Below are positions 50,332-59,137 of a stretch of DNA of 64,000 nt, piece after piece. The stretch covers positions 1,184 through 65,183 of the forward strand of contig CACZAH010000007.1 of NCBI GenBank assembly GCA_902779035.1. The letters run 5' to 3'. Numbering within the stretch: the first letter of the stretch is position 1; every line of letters begins with the position of its first letter. The DNA comes from an uncultured Erysipelotrichaceae bacterium. GTDB lineage: Bacteria; Bacillota_I; Bacilli_A; RF39; UBA660. The translations under genes and the position numbers were made by a program. The notes below the pieces were generated by a model. The model did no database searches, was not told the DNA's origin, and saw only the letters and a program-made list of their open reading frames with translations.

Positions 50332-52335
50332 GTGATAGTGGATACAAATAATAATGATAATAATATAAATAATGAGAATAAGACTAATATTGAGACTAAT
50401 AACGAAGTAACTAGGTCTGAGTCACATAGTGTAAGTGATAATCACGAACATAATAAAAAAAGTAAGTTAAGTAGTAAACATAAGAAGATTTTAATAATTG
50501 GTATTATAGTTTTATGTTTGCTTGTTATTGGGTTAGTTGTAGTTGTATTATTTACTGGTAAAGATAAGAATACTAGAAATAAGAAAACTAAAAAGATTGT
50601 AGTAGAAAGTACTATGACAGAAAAAGAATATAAAGCAATTGTTGATGCGTACGGAGATGCAGTTACTCTTGCTAGTAATAATTATATGACTTTAAAAAAT
50701 GGTGAGATTCCTAGTTTCAATGATATTAAAGATAGCATAGTATTTGATAAACATAAAGTAGTATGTAAAACTAATAAGATTAATTTTGATGGTAGTGTAT
50801 ATTTAAGTAGTTGTACTGTTGATGGTAATGAAATTACTAAGAATTATTCTTATGGAGAGGAAAAGGAAGAACCTAAAAAGTCTGGAGATAAGATATTTTT
50901 ATATAAATATAATGAAACTTTTGGTGGACAGGATTCTATGACTGGTGAAGCATTTAAGAATAGAAATTATTTTGTATCATCATTTGAAGGTTACTCTTAT
51001 AACACTACTTTAGTAGATACTTATGAGTGTTATAGTAAGAATTGTGAAGGCTATAATTATAGTGAAATTATTAATAAAGCTGTTATTCAGAATAATCAAG
51101 GTTATGCATTTTATAATTTAGATAGTAATACTGTAGTTACAGAATATATATATGGAGAGATGTATTCACTTGCTAGTATTAGTTCTGTACTTGCTACTAA
51201 GGGAGAGAATACTGTGTTAATTAATCCTAATAATGGTAGTGTTGAAAGAACTATTAATGGATTATTACATATAAGCGAAGTTCATGTAAATGGCAATATT
51301 TATTATCAAGCATATCCTTATTCAGAAGGACCTAATTATTCAAGAATAGTATTAAATAGTAATTTAGATAGAATAATTAATGATAACTATGATGTAGGAG
51401 TATTTAATAGTGATTCAACTATTACAGTATCTAAACTTAATGATAATCATGTTTATACTTATGATTTATCTGGTAATTTAATTTATACAAGTAAAGAGTA
51501 TAAACAAGTATTAAAAGTTCTTAAAGATTTTGCCGTTGTACTTACTAATGATTCAGATTTAGTATTATTAAATAGAAGTGATGAAGTACTTACTACATTC
51601 CTTAAAGTTACTGATAAACATTATTTACATCCACTTATTTCTGGATGGTATACAACTAATGGTAAAAATGGTATTTATTTTGTAGTTGGTGATAATGATA
51701 TACCTTATGGAACTGAAGGTAGTGGACTTGAGTATTATTATATACCATCTACCGGTGAGACAGGAGTTATTAAAACTAAAGGTGTGGGTGGATATGCTAA
51801 ACCAATATTATATTTATATCCAACTAAGAAAACTAAAGTAGAAGTATCATTTAGTAATCCTGAAGTACTTACAACAACTTATCCTAAGTTTGATAAGAGT
51901 TGGGTTGTTACTGCTAATAAAAATGGAGATTTATATGATTCTAAAGGTAAGTACTATTATGGATTATATTGGGAAGAAGAAGGTAGTACTAATGTAGATT
52001 TTAGTGAAGGATTCTATGTAGATAAAGATTCTGCAATTGATTTCTTAGAAGATAAGTTAACTAAAATAGGTCTTAATGCAAAAGAACGTAATGAATTTAT
52101 TATGTACTGGCTTCCAATACTTGAGAAAAATGAACACAACTTAGTATATTTTGAACTTACTAAAGAAAGGGATAAATTTAATAAGTTAAATATTACTCCT
52201 AAACCTGATTCACTACTTCGTGTTGCGATACATGTTAAAAAAGTAGATGGACCAATATTTATTAAAGAAGAAAAATTAGAAACTTTTAAACGAAAAGGAT
52301 TTGTTGCAGTTGAGTGGGGAGGAGTAATTCATTAA
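50332..52335 (+). CDS. Membrane-anchored hypothetical protein carrying a pilin-head-like module
   Basis: GTG start after AGAGG; TM helix ILIIGIIVLCLLVIGLVVVVLF. Residues ~104-178 (VDAYGDAVTLA...VVCKT...GSVYLSSCTVDG...YSYGEE) parallel the head module of the two pilin-like proteins. The large C-terminal domain is of unknown family. Confidence 0.5.
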   Translation: MIVDTNNNDNNINNENKTNIETNNEVTRSESHSVSDNHEHNKKSKLSSKHKKILIIGIIVLCLLVIGLVVVVLFTGKDKNTRNKKTKKIVVESTMTEKEYKAIVDAYGDAVTLASNNYMTLKNGEIPSFNDIKDSIVFDKHKVVCKTNKINFDGSVYLSSCTVDGNEITKNYSYGEEKEEPKKSGDKIFLYKYNETFGGQDSMTGEAFKNRNYFVSSFEGYSYNTTLVDTYECYSKNCEGYNYSEIINKAVIQNNQGYAFYNLDSNTVVTEYIYGEMYSLASISSVLATKGENTVLINPNNGSVERTINGLLHISEVHVNGNIYYQAYPYSEGPNYSRIVLNSNLDRIINDNYDVGVFNSDSTITVSKLNDNHVYTYDLSGNLIYTSKEYKQVLKVLKDFAVVLTNDSDLVLLNRSDEVLTTFLKVTDKHYLHPLISGWYTTNGKNGIYFVVGDNDIPYGTEGSGLEYYYIPSTGETGVIKTKGVGGYAKPILYLYPTKKTKVEVSFSNPEVLTTTYPKFDKSWVVTANKNGDLYDSKGKYYYGLYWEEEGSTNVDFSEGFYVDKDSAIDFLEDKLTKIGLNAKERNEFIMYWLPILEKNEHNLVYFELTKERDKFNKLNITPKPDSLLRVAIHVKKVDGPIFIKEEKLETFKRKGFVAVEWGGVIH

Positions 52336-52380
52336 TAAAATAAAAGGACTTAGTTCTTTTATTTTGTATAAGGAGGATTT

Positions 52381-53331
52381 ATGTTTTTACAAATAATTAT
52401 ATTAATAATTGGATTTATAGTTTTAATTAAAGGAGCAGACTTGTTTGTAGATGCTGCATCAAGTCTTGCTGCTAATTTTAAAGTATCAAAGATGTTAATA
52501 GCTCTTACTATAGTTGCTTTTGGTACAAGTGCACCAGAACTTGCGGTATCTATTAAATCTATGGCAAGTGGTAGTGGAGATATAGTACTTGGTAATGTAC
52601 TGGGTAGTAATGTTTTAAATATATTATTAATACTAGGTGTGTCTGGATTAGTACACTATCTAAATGTAAAAAATGCAACAGTAAGAAAAGAACTTCCAAT
52701 TACAATACTTCTATCATCAATACTATTTGTAACTATGAATGATACATTAATATCAGGAGCTAAAGCTAATAGTTTAACTAGATCAGATGGAATTATCATA
52801 TTATTATTCTTTTCAGTTTTTGTTTATTACTTAATATCTACTATGAGAAATAAAACAGATAGAACTGAAGATAAACCTAAATACAATATATTAAAATCAA
52901 TTTTATTTACAGTAATAGGAATTATATGTTTAGTATTAGGTAGTAATGCAGTAGTAGACTCTGCATCACATATTGCATCTTCACTAGGTGTTAGTGAACG
53001 TATGATATCTCTTACAATAATTGCTCTAGGTACAAGTTTACCAGAACTAGTTACAAGTGTTACAGCAACTAGAAAAGGAGAATATGATATTGCAATAGGA
53101 AATGTAGTAGGTAGTAATATATTTAATATAGGTATAGTACTTGGAATACCTTTAGTATTATTTGGTGGTATAAAGTCGTTTAGTATTAATATAACAGATA
53201 TTATAGTAATGTTATTATCATCAGTATTATTATTCTTGTTTAGTTATAAAGATAATAAGATATCTAAGATAGAAGGAAGTATATTTTTATTAATGTTTAT
53301 AGTATATTATTCATTTGTTATTTTTACATAA
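52381..53331 (+). CDS. CaCA-family sodium/calcium antiporter (YrbG-like)
   Basis: Two alpha-repeats (GTSAPELAVS...GNVLGSNVLNILLILG and GTSLPELVTS...GNVVGSNIFNIGIVLG); about 10 TM segments. Confidence 0.85.
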   Translation: MFLQIIILIIGFIVLIKGADLFVDAASSLAANFKVSKMLIALTIVAFGTSAPELAVSIKSMASGSGDIVLGNVLGSNVLNILLILGVSGLVHYLNVKNATVRKELPITILLSSILFVTMNDTLISGAKANSLTRSDGIIILLFFSVFVYYLISTMRNKTDRTEDKPKYNILKSILFTVIGIICLVLGSNAVVDSASHIASSLGVSERMISLTIIALGTSLPELVTSVTATRKGEYDIAIGNVVGSNIFNIGIVLGIPLVLFGGIKSFSINITDIIVMLLSSVLLFLFSYKDNKISKIEGSIFLLMFIVYYSFVIFT

Positions 53332-53334
53332 AAA

Positions 53335-53366
53335 AATATTGCAAAATTTACTGCAATATTTTTTAG
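53335..53366. terminator. Bidirectional terminator between convergent genes
   Basis: Stem AATATTGCA / TGCAATATT flanked by an A-run and a T-run. Confidence 0.65.
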
Positions 53367-53377
53367 TTAAATAAATA

Positions 53378-53758
53378 TTATTTATCTTGTGGTATAAATG
53401 GCATTGCAATTGCAACAATTATGCCAACAAGAATAAGAATTGCCCCGATAGATATTGATACACCTGCAAGAGATGTTCCACCAGCAACTTTAGCAACATT
53501 AATGATATCATAAATTGTTACTATAGCAGCAATTCCTGATGGGATTACACTAAATTTTTCTTTCTTTAAGAAAACTAGTACTCCGGCAACTGCAGCAGCA
53601 ATTATAACAATAATTCCATCTCTTCCGCCATCAATGTAATTGATAGTTTGTGAGTATCCAAATACAGATACTTTCGCAAATGGCATAAAACATGCAATAA
53701 TTGCAAGTGCTAATCCACCAAGTGTAATCCACATACGATTTTTCTTAATGAAATCCAT
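53378..53758 (-). CDS. Hypothetical small membrane protein
   Basis: 126 aa with four hydrophobic segments; GGAGG SD on the minus strand upstream of the ATG. Confidence 0.5.
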   Translation of the reverse strand: MDFIKKNRMWITLGGLALAIIACFMPFAKVSVFGYSQTINYIDGGRDGIIVIIAAAVAGVLVFLKKEKFSVIPSGIAAIVTIYDIINVAKVAGGTSLAGVSISIGAILILVGIIVAIAMPFIPQDK

Positions 53759-53868
53759 CTAACTTCCTCCTTTACTATATTTAGTATATAATATTTTTGA
53801 TTTAATGTCCATATATTAGTTTTATTTTTAGTTAAAAAATTGTATAATGGATATTAAGGAGGTTGAAT

Positions 53869-56800
53869 ATGAAAATAGTAACTATTGATGGAAATGAGGC
53901 TTGTAGTACTTCTTCTTACTATTTTACAGAAGTTGCTGGAATATATCCGATAACGCCATCTAGTCCAATGGCAGAAAATACAGAAGTATTGTCTAATAAA
54001 GGTGAAAAAAATATCTTTGGTGATACAGTTAAGTTAGTAGAAATGGAGTCAGAACTAGGAGCTGCAGGATTTATACACGGGGCACTCCAAAGTGGGGTAC
54101 TTGCTACTACTTATACTGCATCGCAGGGTTTACTTTTAATGATACCAAATATGTATAAAATAGCAGGAGAAATGCTACCTGGAGTAATACACGTTGCTGC
54201 ACGCACGTTATCTACACATGCTTTAAGTATATTTGGGGATCACTCTGATATATATGCAACTCGTTCTACAGGATTTTCGATGCTTGCATCATCATCAGTA
54301 CAAGATGCTGCACTATTATCTGCAGTTGCGCACCTTTCTAGTATTAAATCAAGTATTCCTTTTATTCATTTCTTTGATGGTTTTAGAACTAGTCATGAGA
54401 TAAATAAAATTAAAATATTAGAACGTGATGATTATAAAGATTTAATCGATTATGAAGCTATTGATAAATTTAGAAAAAGAAGTTTAGTAGATAGAGTAAA
54501 AACTGTAGGAACAAATCAGAATGATGATATATATTTTCAAAGTGTAGAAGCTAAGAATAATGATTATAATAAAGTTGCAGATATAGTTGAATACTATATG
54601 AAAGAAGTAGGTAGTAAAGTAGGCATTGATTATAAACCATTTAATTATTATGGGAGTAAGAGTGCAACTAAAGTAATAGTTGCTTTAGGGTCAGTATGTG
54701 AAACAATTAAAGAATACATAGATAAGGTAGATAGTAGTGTTGGTTTAATAGAAGTACATCTATATCGTCCATTTAGTGTAAAACACTTGCTTAATGTAAT
54801 ACCTAGTAGTGTTAAAAATATTGCTGTACTTGATAGAACTAAAGAGCATGGAAGTACTGGTGAACCACTATACTTAGATATAGTATCAAGTCTTAAGGAT
54901 AAGGACATTAATATAGTAGGTGGTAGATACGGACTATCAAGCAAGAATACTACACCTTCTGATATTGCTGCTATATATAATATGTTAGATAATCCAATTA
55001 ATAATTTTACAGTAGGTATAATAGATGATGTTACTCATTTATCACTTGATAAAATAGATACAGTAATTGATGATACTAAAGATATATTAATATATGGATA
55101 TGGTTCTGACGGTATGGTTAGTGCATCTAAATCATTAATTAAATTAATAGGTAATCATACTGATAAATATGTACAGGCCTATTTTCAGTATGATTCTAAA
55201 AAGTCAGGTGGAGTTACTGTATCACATTTAAGAGTAAGTGATGATGTAATAAAAAAGACATATTATGTAGATAATCCAAGTCTACTAGTTATTAGTAAAG
55301 ATAATTATTTAAGAGATTTTAATCTAGTAAAAGATATAAAAGAAAATGGAATATGTATAATTAATACTATTAAAAATGAAGAAGAATTAAATAGTTATAT
55401 GTCTAGTAGCATTAAAGAATTATTTATAAAAAGAAATATAAAAGTATATACTATAAATGCTTATAAGATAGCTTTTGATGTTAACTTAAGAAATAAAATA
55501 AGTATGATTATGGAGTCATGTATAATAACACTTACTAACTTTTTAGATAAAGAGGTAATGTTTAAATATTTAATAGATGATATTAAGACTAAGTTTAAGA
55601 AAAAAGGTAGTGAGGTAATAGAAGCAAATATTAAAGCAATTAGTTTAGTACCTGATTATATTAAGAAAGTAACTATTAATAATGATGATACGACTAATAT
55701 TGAGCTAAATAGTTTTTATGATAAGATAATGAAAAGGGAAGGTAATAGTATTCCTGTATCTGAATTTATTCCTGTTCGTGATGGATCATTTACAGGTACG
55801 GTAAGTAACTCTAATAGCAACTTAGAAATAGTACCAAATTGGATTAAAGAGAATTGTATTAACTGTAACCAGTGTAGTATAGTATGCCCTCATGGAGTAA
55901 TTAGACCATTTGTATTAAGTGAGGAAGAGTATAATAATGCTCCAGATTATATAAAAGATTACTGTATGCCTTCACTAGATAAAAAAGGATATTTTGCTTT
56001 AGGGTTCTCACTTAATAACTGTACAGGATGCATGCGGTGTGTAAGTGTATGTCCTGGGTTAAAGGGTTTAAAAGCACTTGCAACTACTAGTGATGCTATT
56101 ACTAATCACTATCAAAAAGTATTTGACTATTTAGAGAGTAATATAAGTTTAAAAGACTATAATAAATATACATTAAAGGGTAGTCAGTTTATTAATCCAA
56201 AGTTTAAATATCCAGGTTCATGTCAGGGATGTGGAGAGACTTCATATTTAAAATTACTTACTCAATTATTTGATAATCTAATAATAAGTAATGCAACAGG
56301 ATGTTCTAGTATATATGGTGGAATAGTACCAAGTATGCCTTATAATGTTCCTTGGGCAAGTAGTTTATTTGAAGATAATGCTGAATATGGATATGGAATG
56401 AGTGTATCTATTAATAAAATTAGAAATAGAATAAAACATATTATGGAAGATAATATGGATAATGAGAATAAAGAGTTATTTAATAAATGGCTTGACAACT
56501 ATGATGATTATGAAACTACCAAGTATGTATTTGATAACTTAACTAGCAATATACCAAATGAATTAAAGAGCATTAAAGAATATATTGTTAAAAAATCAGT
56601 ATGGTGTGTTGGAGGAGATGGTTGGGCATATGATATTGGATATGGTGGAATAGACCATGTACTCGCAACAGGAGATGATATAAATATTCTTGTGCTTGAT
56701 ACCGAAGTATATTCTAATACTGGAGGGCAGGCAAGTAAATCAACTAACTTAGGTACACTTGCAGAGTTTGCAGATACTGGTAAGAAAACAAACAAAAAGG

Positions 56801-57201
56801 ATCTTGCACGCATGTGTATGAGTATACCAAACTGTTATGTTGCGCAAGTATCAATGGCTAATCCTAATCAAGTGATTAGAGCTTTAAAAGAAGCTAATGA
56901 ATATAATGGACCTAGTATAGTTATTGCATATTCAGTATGTATTTCTCATGGAATAAAGGGTGGTATGACTAAAAGTTATGAAATAGAGCGTCTTGCATTA
57001 GAATCAGGATACTTTCCAACATTTAGATATCATCCAATAGATGGATATAAGTTTGATAGTAAGAATGTAGACTTTGACAAATATCGTAAGTTTGTTGATA
57101 GTCAAACTAGATTTAATCTAATAAGTAAAAATCAAGAACTATATGATAAATGCTTAAGTGAACTTAAGAAAAGATATAAATATTATGAAGAATTAAAATA
57201 A
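53869..57201 (+). CDS. nifJ: Pyruvate:ferredoxin (flavodoxin) oxidoreductase, single-polypeptide type
   Basis: About 1110 aa; two 4Fe-4S ferredoxin motifs (CINCNQCSIVCPHG, CTGCMRCVSVCPG) and the ThDP motif GGDGWAYDIGYGG. AAGGAGG precedes ATG 53869. Confidence 0.95.
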   Translation: MKIVTIDGNEACSTSSYYFTEVAGIYPITPSSPMAENTEVLSNKGEKNIFGDTVKLVEMESELGAAGFIHGALQSGVLATTYTASQGLLLMIPNMYKIAGEMLPGVIHVAARTLSTHALSIFGDHSDIYATRSTGFSMLASSSVQDAALLSAVAHLSSIKSSIPFIHFFDGFRTSHEINKIKILERDDYKDLIDYEAIDKFRKRSLVDRVKTVGTNQNDDIYFQSVEAKNNDYNKVADIVEYYMKEVGSKVGIDYKPFNYYGSKSATKVIVALGSVCETIKEYIDKVDSSVGLIEVHLYRPFSVKHLLNVIPSSVKNIAVLDRTKEHGSTGEPLYLDIVSSLKDKDINIVGGRYGLSSKNTTPSDIAAIYNMLDNPINNFTVGIIDDVTHLSLDKIDTVIDDTKDILIYGYGSDGMVSASKSLIKLIGNHTDKYVQAYFQYDSKKSGGVTVSHLRVSDDVIKKTYYVDNPSLLVISKDNYLRDFNLVKDIKENGICIINTIKNEEELNSYMSSSIKELFIKRNIKVYTINAYKIAFDVNLRNKISMIMESCIITLTNFLDKEVMFKYLIDDIKTKFKKKGSEVIEANIKAISLVPDYIKKVTINNDDTTNIELNSFYDKIMKREGNSIPVSEFIPVRDGSFTGTVSNSNSNLEIVPNWIKENCINCNQCSIVCPHGVIRPFVLSEEEYNNAPDYIKDYCMPSLDKKGYFALGFSLNNCTGCMRCVSVCPGLKGLKALATTSDAITNHYQKVFDYLESNISLKDYNKYTLKGSQFINPKFKYPGSCQGCGETSYLKLLTQLFDNLIISNATGCSSIYGGIVPSMPYNVPWASSLFEDNAEYGYGMSVSINKIRNRIKHIMEDNMDNENKELFNKWLDNYDDYETTKYVFDNLTSNIPNELKSIKEYIVKKSVWCVGGDGWAYDIGYGGIDHVLATGDDINILVLDTEVYSNTGGQASKSTNLGTLAEFADTGKKTNKKDLARMCMSIPNCYVAQVSMANPNQVIRALKEANEYNGPSIVIAYSVCISHGIKGGMTKSYEIERLALESGYFPTFRYHPIDGYKFDSKNVDFDKYRKFVDSQTRFNLISKNQELYDKCLSELKKRYKYYEELK

Positions 57202-57202
57202 A

Positions 57203-57227
57203 GGTTGCTAGTTTAAGCAATCTTTTA
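57203..57227 (+). terminator. Intrinsic terminator after nifJ
   Basis: Stem GGTTGCT / AGCAATC (one G-U pair), loop AGTTTA, then TTTT. Confidence 0.55.
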
Positions 57228-57231
57228 GTAT

Positions 57232-57267
57232 ACAAAAATGACGACCATATGGTCGTCTTCAGGGGGG
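57232..57267 (-). terminator. Conserved module copy A (minus strand: CCCCCCUGAA-GACGACC-AUAU-GGUCGUC-AUUUUUGU)
   Basis: One of three copies with the same flanks, (A)CAAAA(A)TGA ... CTTCAGGGGG on the + strand. On the minus strand it is a GC-rich hairpin plus U-tract, lying 3' of the LRR gene. Confidence 0.6.
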
Positions 57268-57370
57268 CCGAGTTTTTGGCTTTATGAGATATTCGTGACC
57301 CGTTAATTCCCTTTATTACTCGTTAATTTTGCACTTGAGCACACTTGAGAGAACTTGGGAATTTAGAAAA

Positions 57371-57381
57371 TTCGTATGTAA
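57371..57381. repeat. 11-mer TTCGTATGTAA (copy in the 3' flank of the LRR gene)
   Basis: The extended match AATTCGTATGTAAAAT is shared with 58846..58861. Confidence 0.6.
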
Positions 57382-57396
57382 AATCGTGTGTAATTA

Positions 57397-58689
57397 TCAT
57401 TTAGATTTTGAACTATTATCAATCAATAATTCTTCCTGATTTTCTAAGAATAATTTTATATATTCTGGACTTATGCTAGGATATATACCTCCCACTCCAT
57501 TTTCTTCAAATGATAATGTGTGATTTTGACTTATGTCACTCCTATTTTTTAAACAATAAGGTAATGAGGTGTCTCCCTTATGCCATCTACAAGAATCCCA
57601 ACAAGGGTCACAATAGTACATTGCATCTCCAACTTCAACTCTGATAATACTATAATAACCATCATCAGGTAATTCAACTTGATTACCATAGTGTTCATTA
57701 ATTTTTATTTTATCTTTGCCTCCTATACAGTAGACATTTTTTGTTTTTATTTCTAATAGTTTCAACAAGTATTGCATTGATCTAGTATACCCCTCACATA
57801 CGCAAGAACCGTATATTAAACCATTATATGCACTTTGAGTTCCATTACTATAACCCCGTCTAACACCATTAGTCTCATGAAATCTCCCTTTCCTTTCTAA
57901 TGCATCATAATCGTAAGTAATATGCTCAGCAATATATTTTTCAATTAGTATAATTATGTTAAGAGTATTTTCCGGTTTTTGTGATAATATTTCTTTTGCG
58001 ATTTCTAAACATCGTTTTTGAAATAATGAAGCAGTGCCACAATTATAATGAACATCTTTTCCAGAAGAACAAGTCTCGTAAAATTGGCAATTTGGAATTG
58101 CTAATAATTTAGGTATCAGTCCACTAACCTCAGGAAAATTAAGCAAATCTAATTCTAAAACATCTAATTTATTGTGTTCTATTAAATTAACTATACCTCG
58201 CAAATCAAATAATTCTTTATTACCAAAAATGCTGATTTCTTTTATTTTTTCTAAAGACTCTAGACCTTCTACTAAGTCAATTCCATTATTTCTTTCAATT
58301 GAAAGAAATCCTAAATTTACCAAATCAGTAACATCGACCCAAGTAATACCTTTTTGACCTACTATTGACAAAGATTCTAATGAAGTAAGTTTAGCTATTA
58401 TTTTAATATCAGCATCAGAAATACTCATATTGCTATTACTAAAAGCACTATAAGATTTATTTATAACCTTAAGTGATTTTAAATTATGACAATGTTCAAT
58501 TCCTTGTAAACATCCGGCAGTTGGTTCATCTATTTGAATCTCTAATACTTGATCTAATTCTTCTTGAGTAAACTGAAAAGATAATCCACCACCATTATCT
58601 TTACGTGGTTCTATACCTAGATTACTTAAATATTTAACAATAGGTATTCCTATTTTATATGGCAACTTAATTAATTCCATACTCATCAC
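57397..58689 (-). CDS. Leucine-rich-repeat protein fused to a transglutaminase-like (papain-fold) domain; no signal peptide
   Basis: The N-terminal half has LxxLxLxxN-type repeats (LKSLKVIN.., LTSLESLSIVG.., LVNLGFLSIERNN.., LESLEKIKEISIFGN..). The C-terminal half has YGSCVCEGYTRSMQYLLKLLEI (Cys-nucleophile context of transglutaminase-like proteases) and ..VEVGDAMYYCDPCWD. Confidence 0.65.
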   Translation of the reverse strand: MMSMELIKLPYKIGIPIVKYLSNLGIEPRKDNGGGLSFQFTQEELDQVLEIQIDEPTAGCLQGIEHCHNLKSLKVINKSYSAFSNSNMSISDADIKIIAKLTSLESLSIVGQKGITWVDVTDLVNLGFLSIERNNGIDLVEGLESLEKIKEISIFGNKELFDLRGIVNLIEHNKLDVLELDLLNFPEVSGLIPKLLAIPNCQFYETCSSGKDVHYNCGTASLFQKRCLEIAKEILSQKPENTLNIIILIEKYIAEHITYDYDALERKGRFHETNGVRRGYSNGTQSAYNGLIYGSCVCEGYTRSMQYLLKLLEIKTKNVYCIGGKDKIKINEHYGNQVELPDDGYYSIIRVEVGDAMYYCDPCWDSCRWHKGDTSLPYCLKNRSDISQNHTLSFEENGVGGIYPSISPEYIKLFLENQEELLIDNSSKSK

Positions 58690-58810
58690 CTATAATAATT
58701 ATAACATGAAATAATATAAAAAATTTACTATTTTGTTCCAAACGCACTGAAGAGAGCGAGTTTTATATTATTTTCTTATTTTATAAAGGTTTACTTACAT
58801 TAAATATTAA

Positions 58811-58858
58811 TTACATACGAATTACATACGAAAAAAACCGCATATAATTCGTATGTAA
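58811..58858. repeat. 11-mer cluster: two tandem TTACATACGAA (58811-58821, 58822-58832) plus one inverted TTCGTATGTAA (58848-58858)
   Basis: Seen directly. The 11-bp inverted repeat has a 15-nt spacer, and the left arm is duplicated in tandem. It lies in the 5' region of the LRR gene. Confidence 0.6.
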
Positions 58859-58912
58859 AATGCATTTTTTTTAAAAGCATATACTCGCAATTCCTTATAA
58901 ATACTGGGATTA

Positions 58913-58949
58913 ACAAAAATGAGACGTCTCTCGACGCCTCTTCAGGGGG
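58913..58949 (-). terminator. Conserved module copy B (minus strand: CCCCCUGAA-GAGGCGUC-GAGA-GACGUCUC-AUUUUUGU)
   Basis: Same flanks as copies A and C, but the stem sequence differs while staying paired (one mismatch). It lies between the two minus-strand genes. Confidence 0.6.
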
Positions 58950-59083
58950 AAAACTTACATCATGTACTCCTAAACACTTTTCTTTTATATTATAACGAAT
59001 TATCGTTTAATAAAGTTTAGAAAGGTTTAACTAAATACCATATAATTTACTACTTTTGATAGTTGAGTGGGTTGTTGAAATAG

Positions 59084-59122
59084 AAAAAATCTAGTAAGTG
59101 TAGTGGGGCTTGCTAGGTTTTT
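59084..59122 (-). terminator. Intrinsic (bidirectional) terminator 3' of ORF 59138..59692
   Basis: Stem CTAGCAAG / CTTACTAG (one wobble) with a 10-nt loop, followed by AUUUUUU on the minus strand. Confidence 0.6.
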
Positions 59123-59137
59123 ATCTACTGTTATTTT

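Noticed and set aside
57356-57384. A chromosomal dif / Xer site (GGAATTTAGAAAATTCGTATGTAAAAT versus the remembered B. subtilis dif ACTTCCTAGAATATATATTATGTAAACT).
   Set aside because: Only the XerD-arm side (TATGTAAA) matches well. The XerC arm and the 6-nt spacing do not line up in a gapless alignment, and the motif occurs four times locally. It is kept only as a hypothesis within the 11-mer finding.
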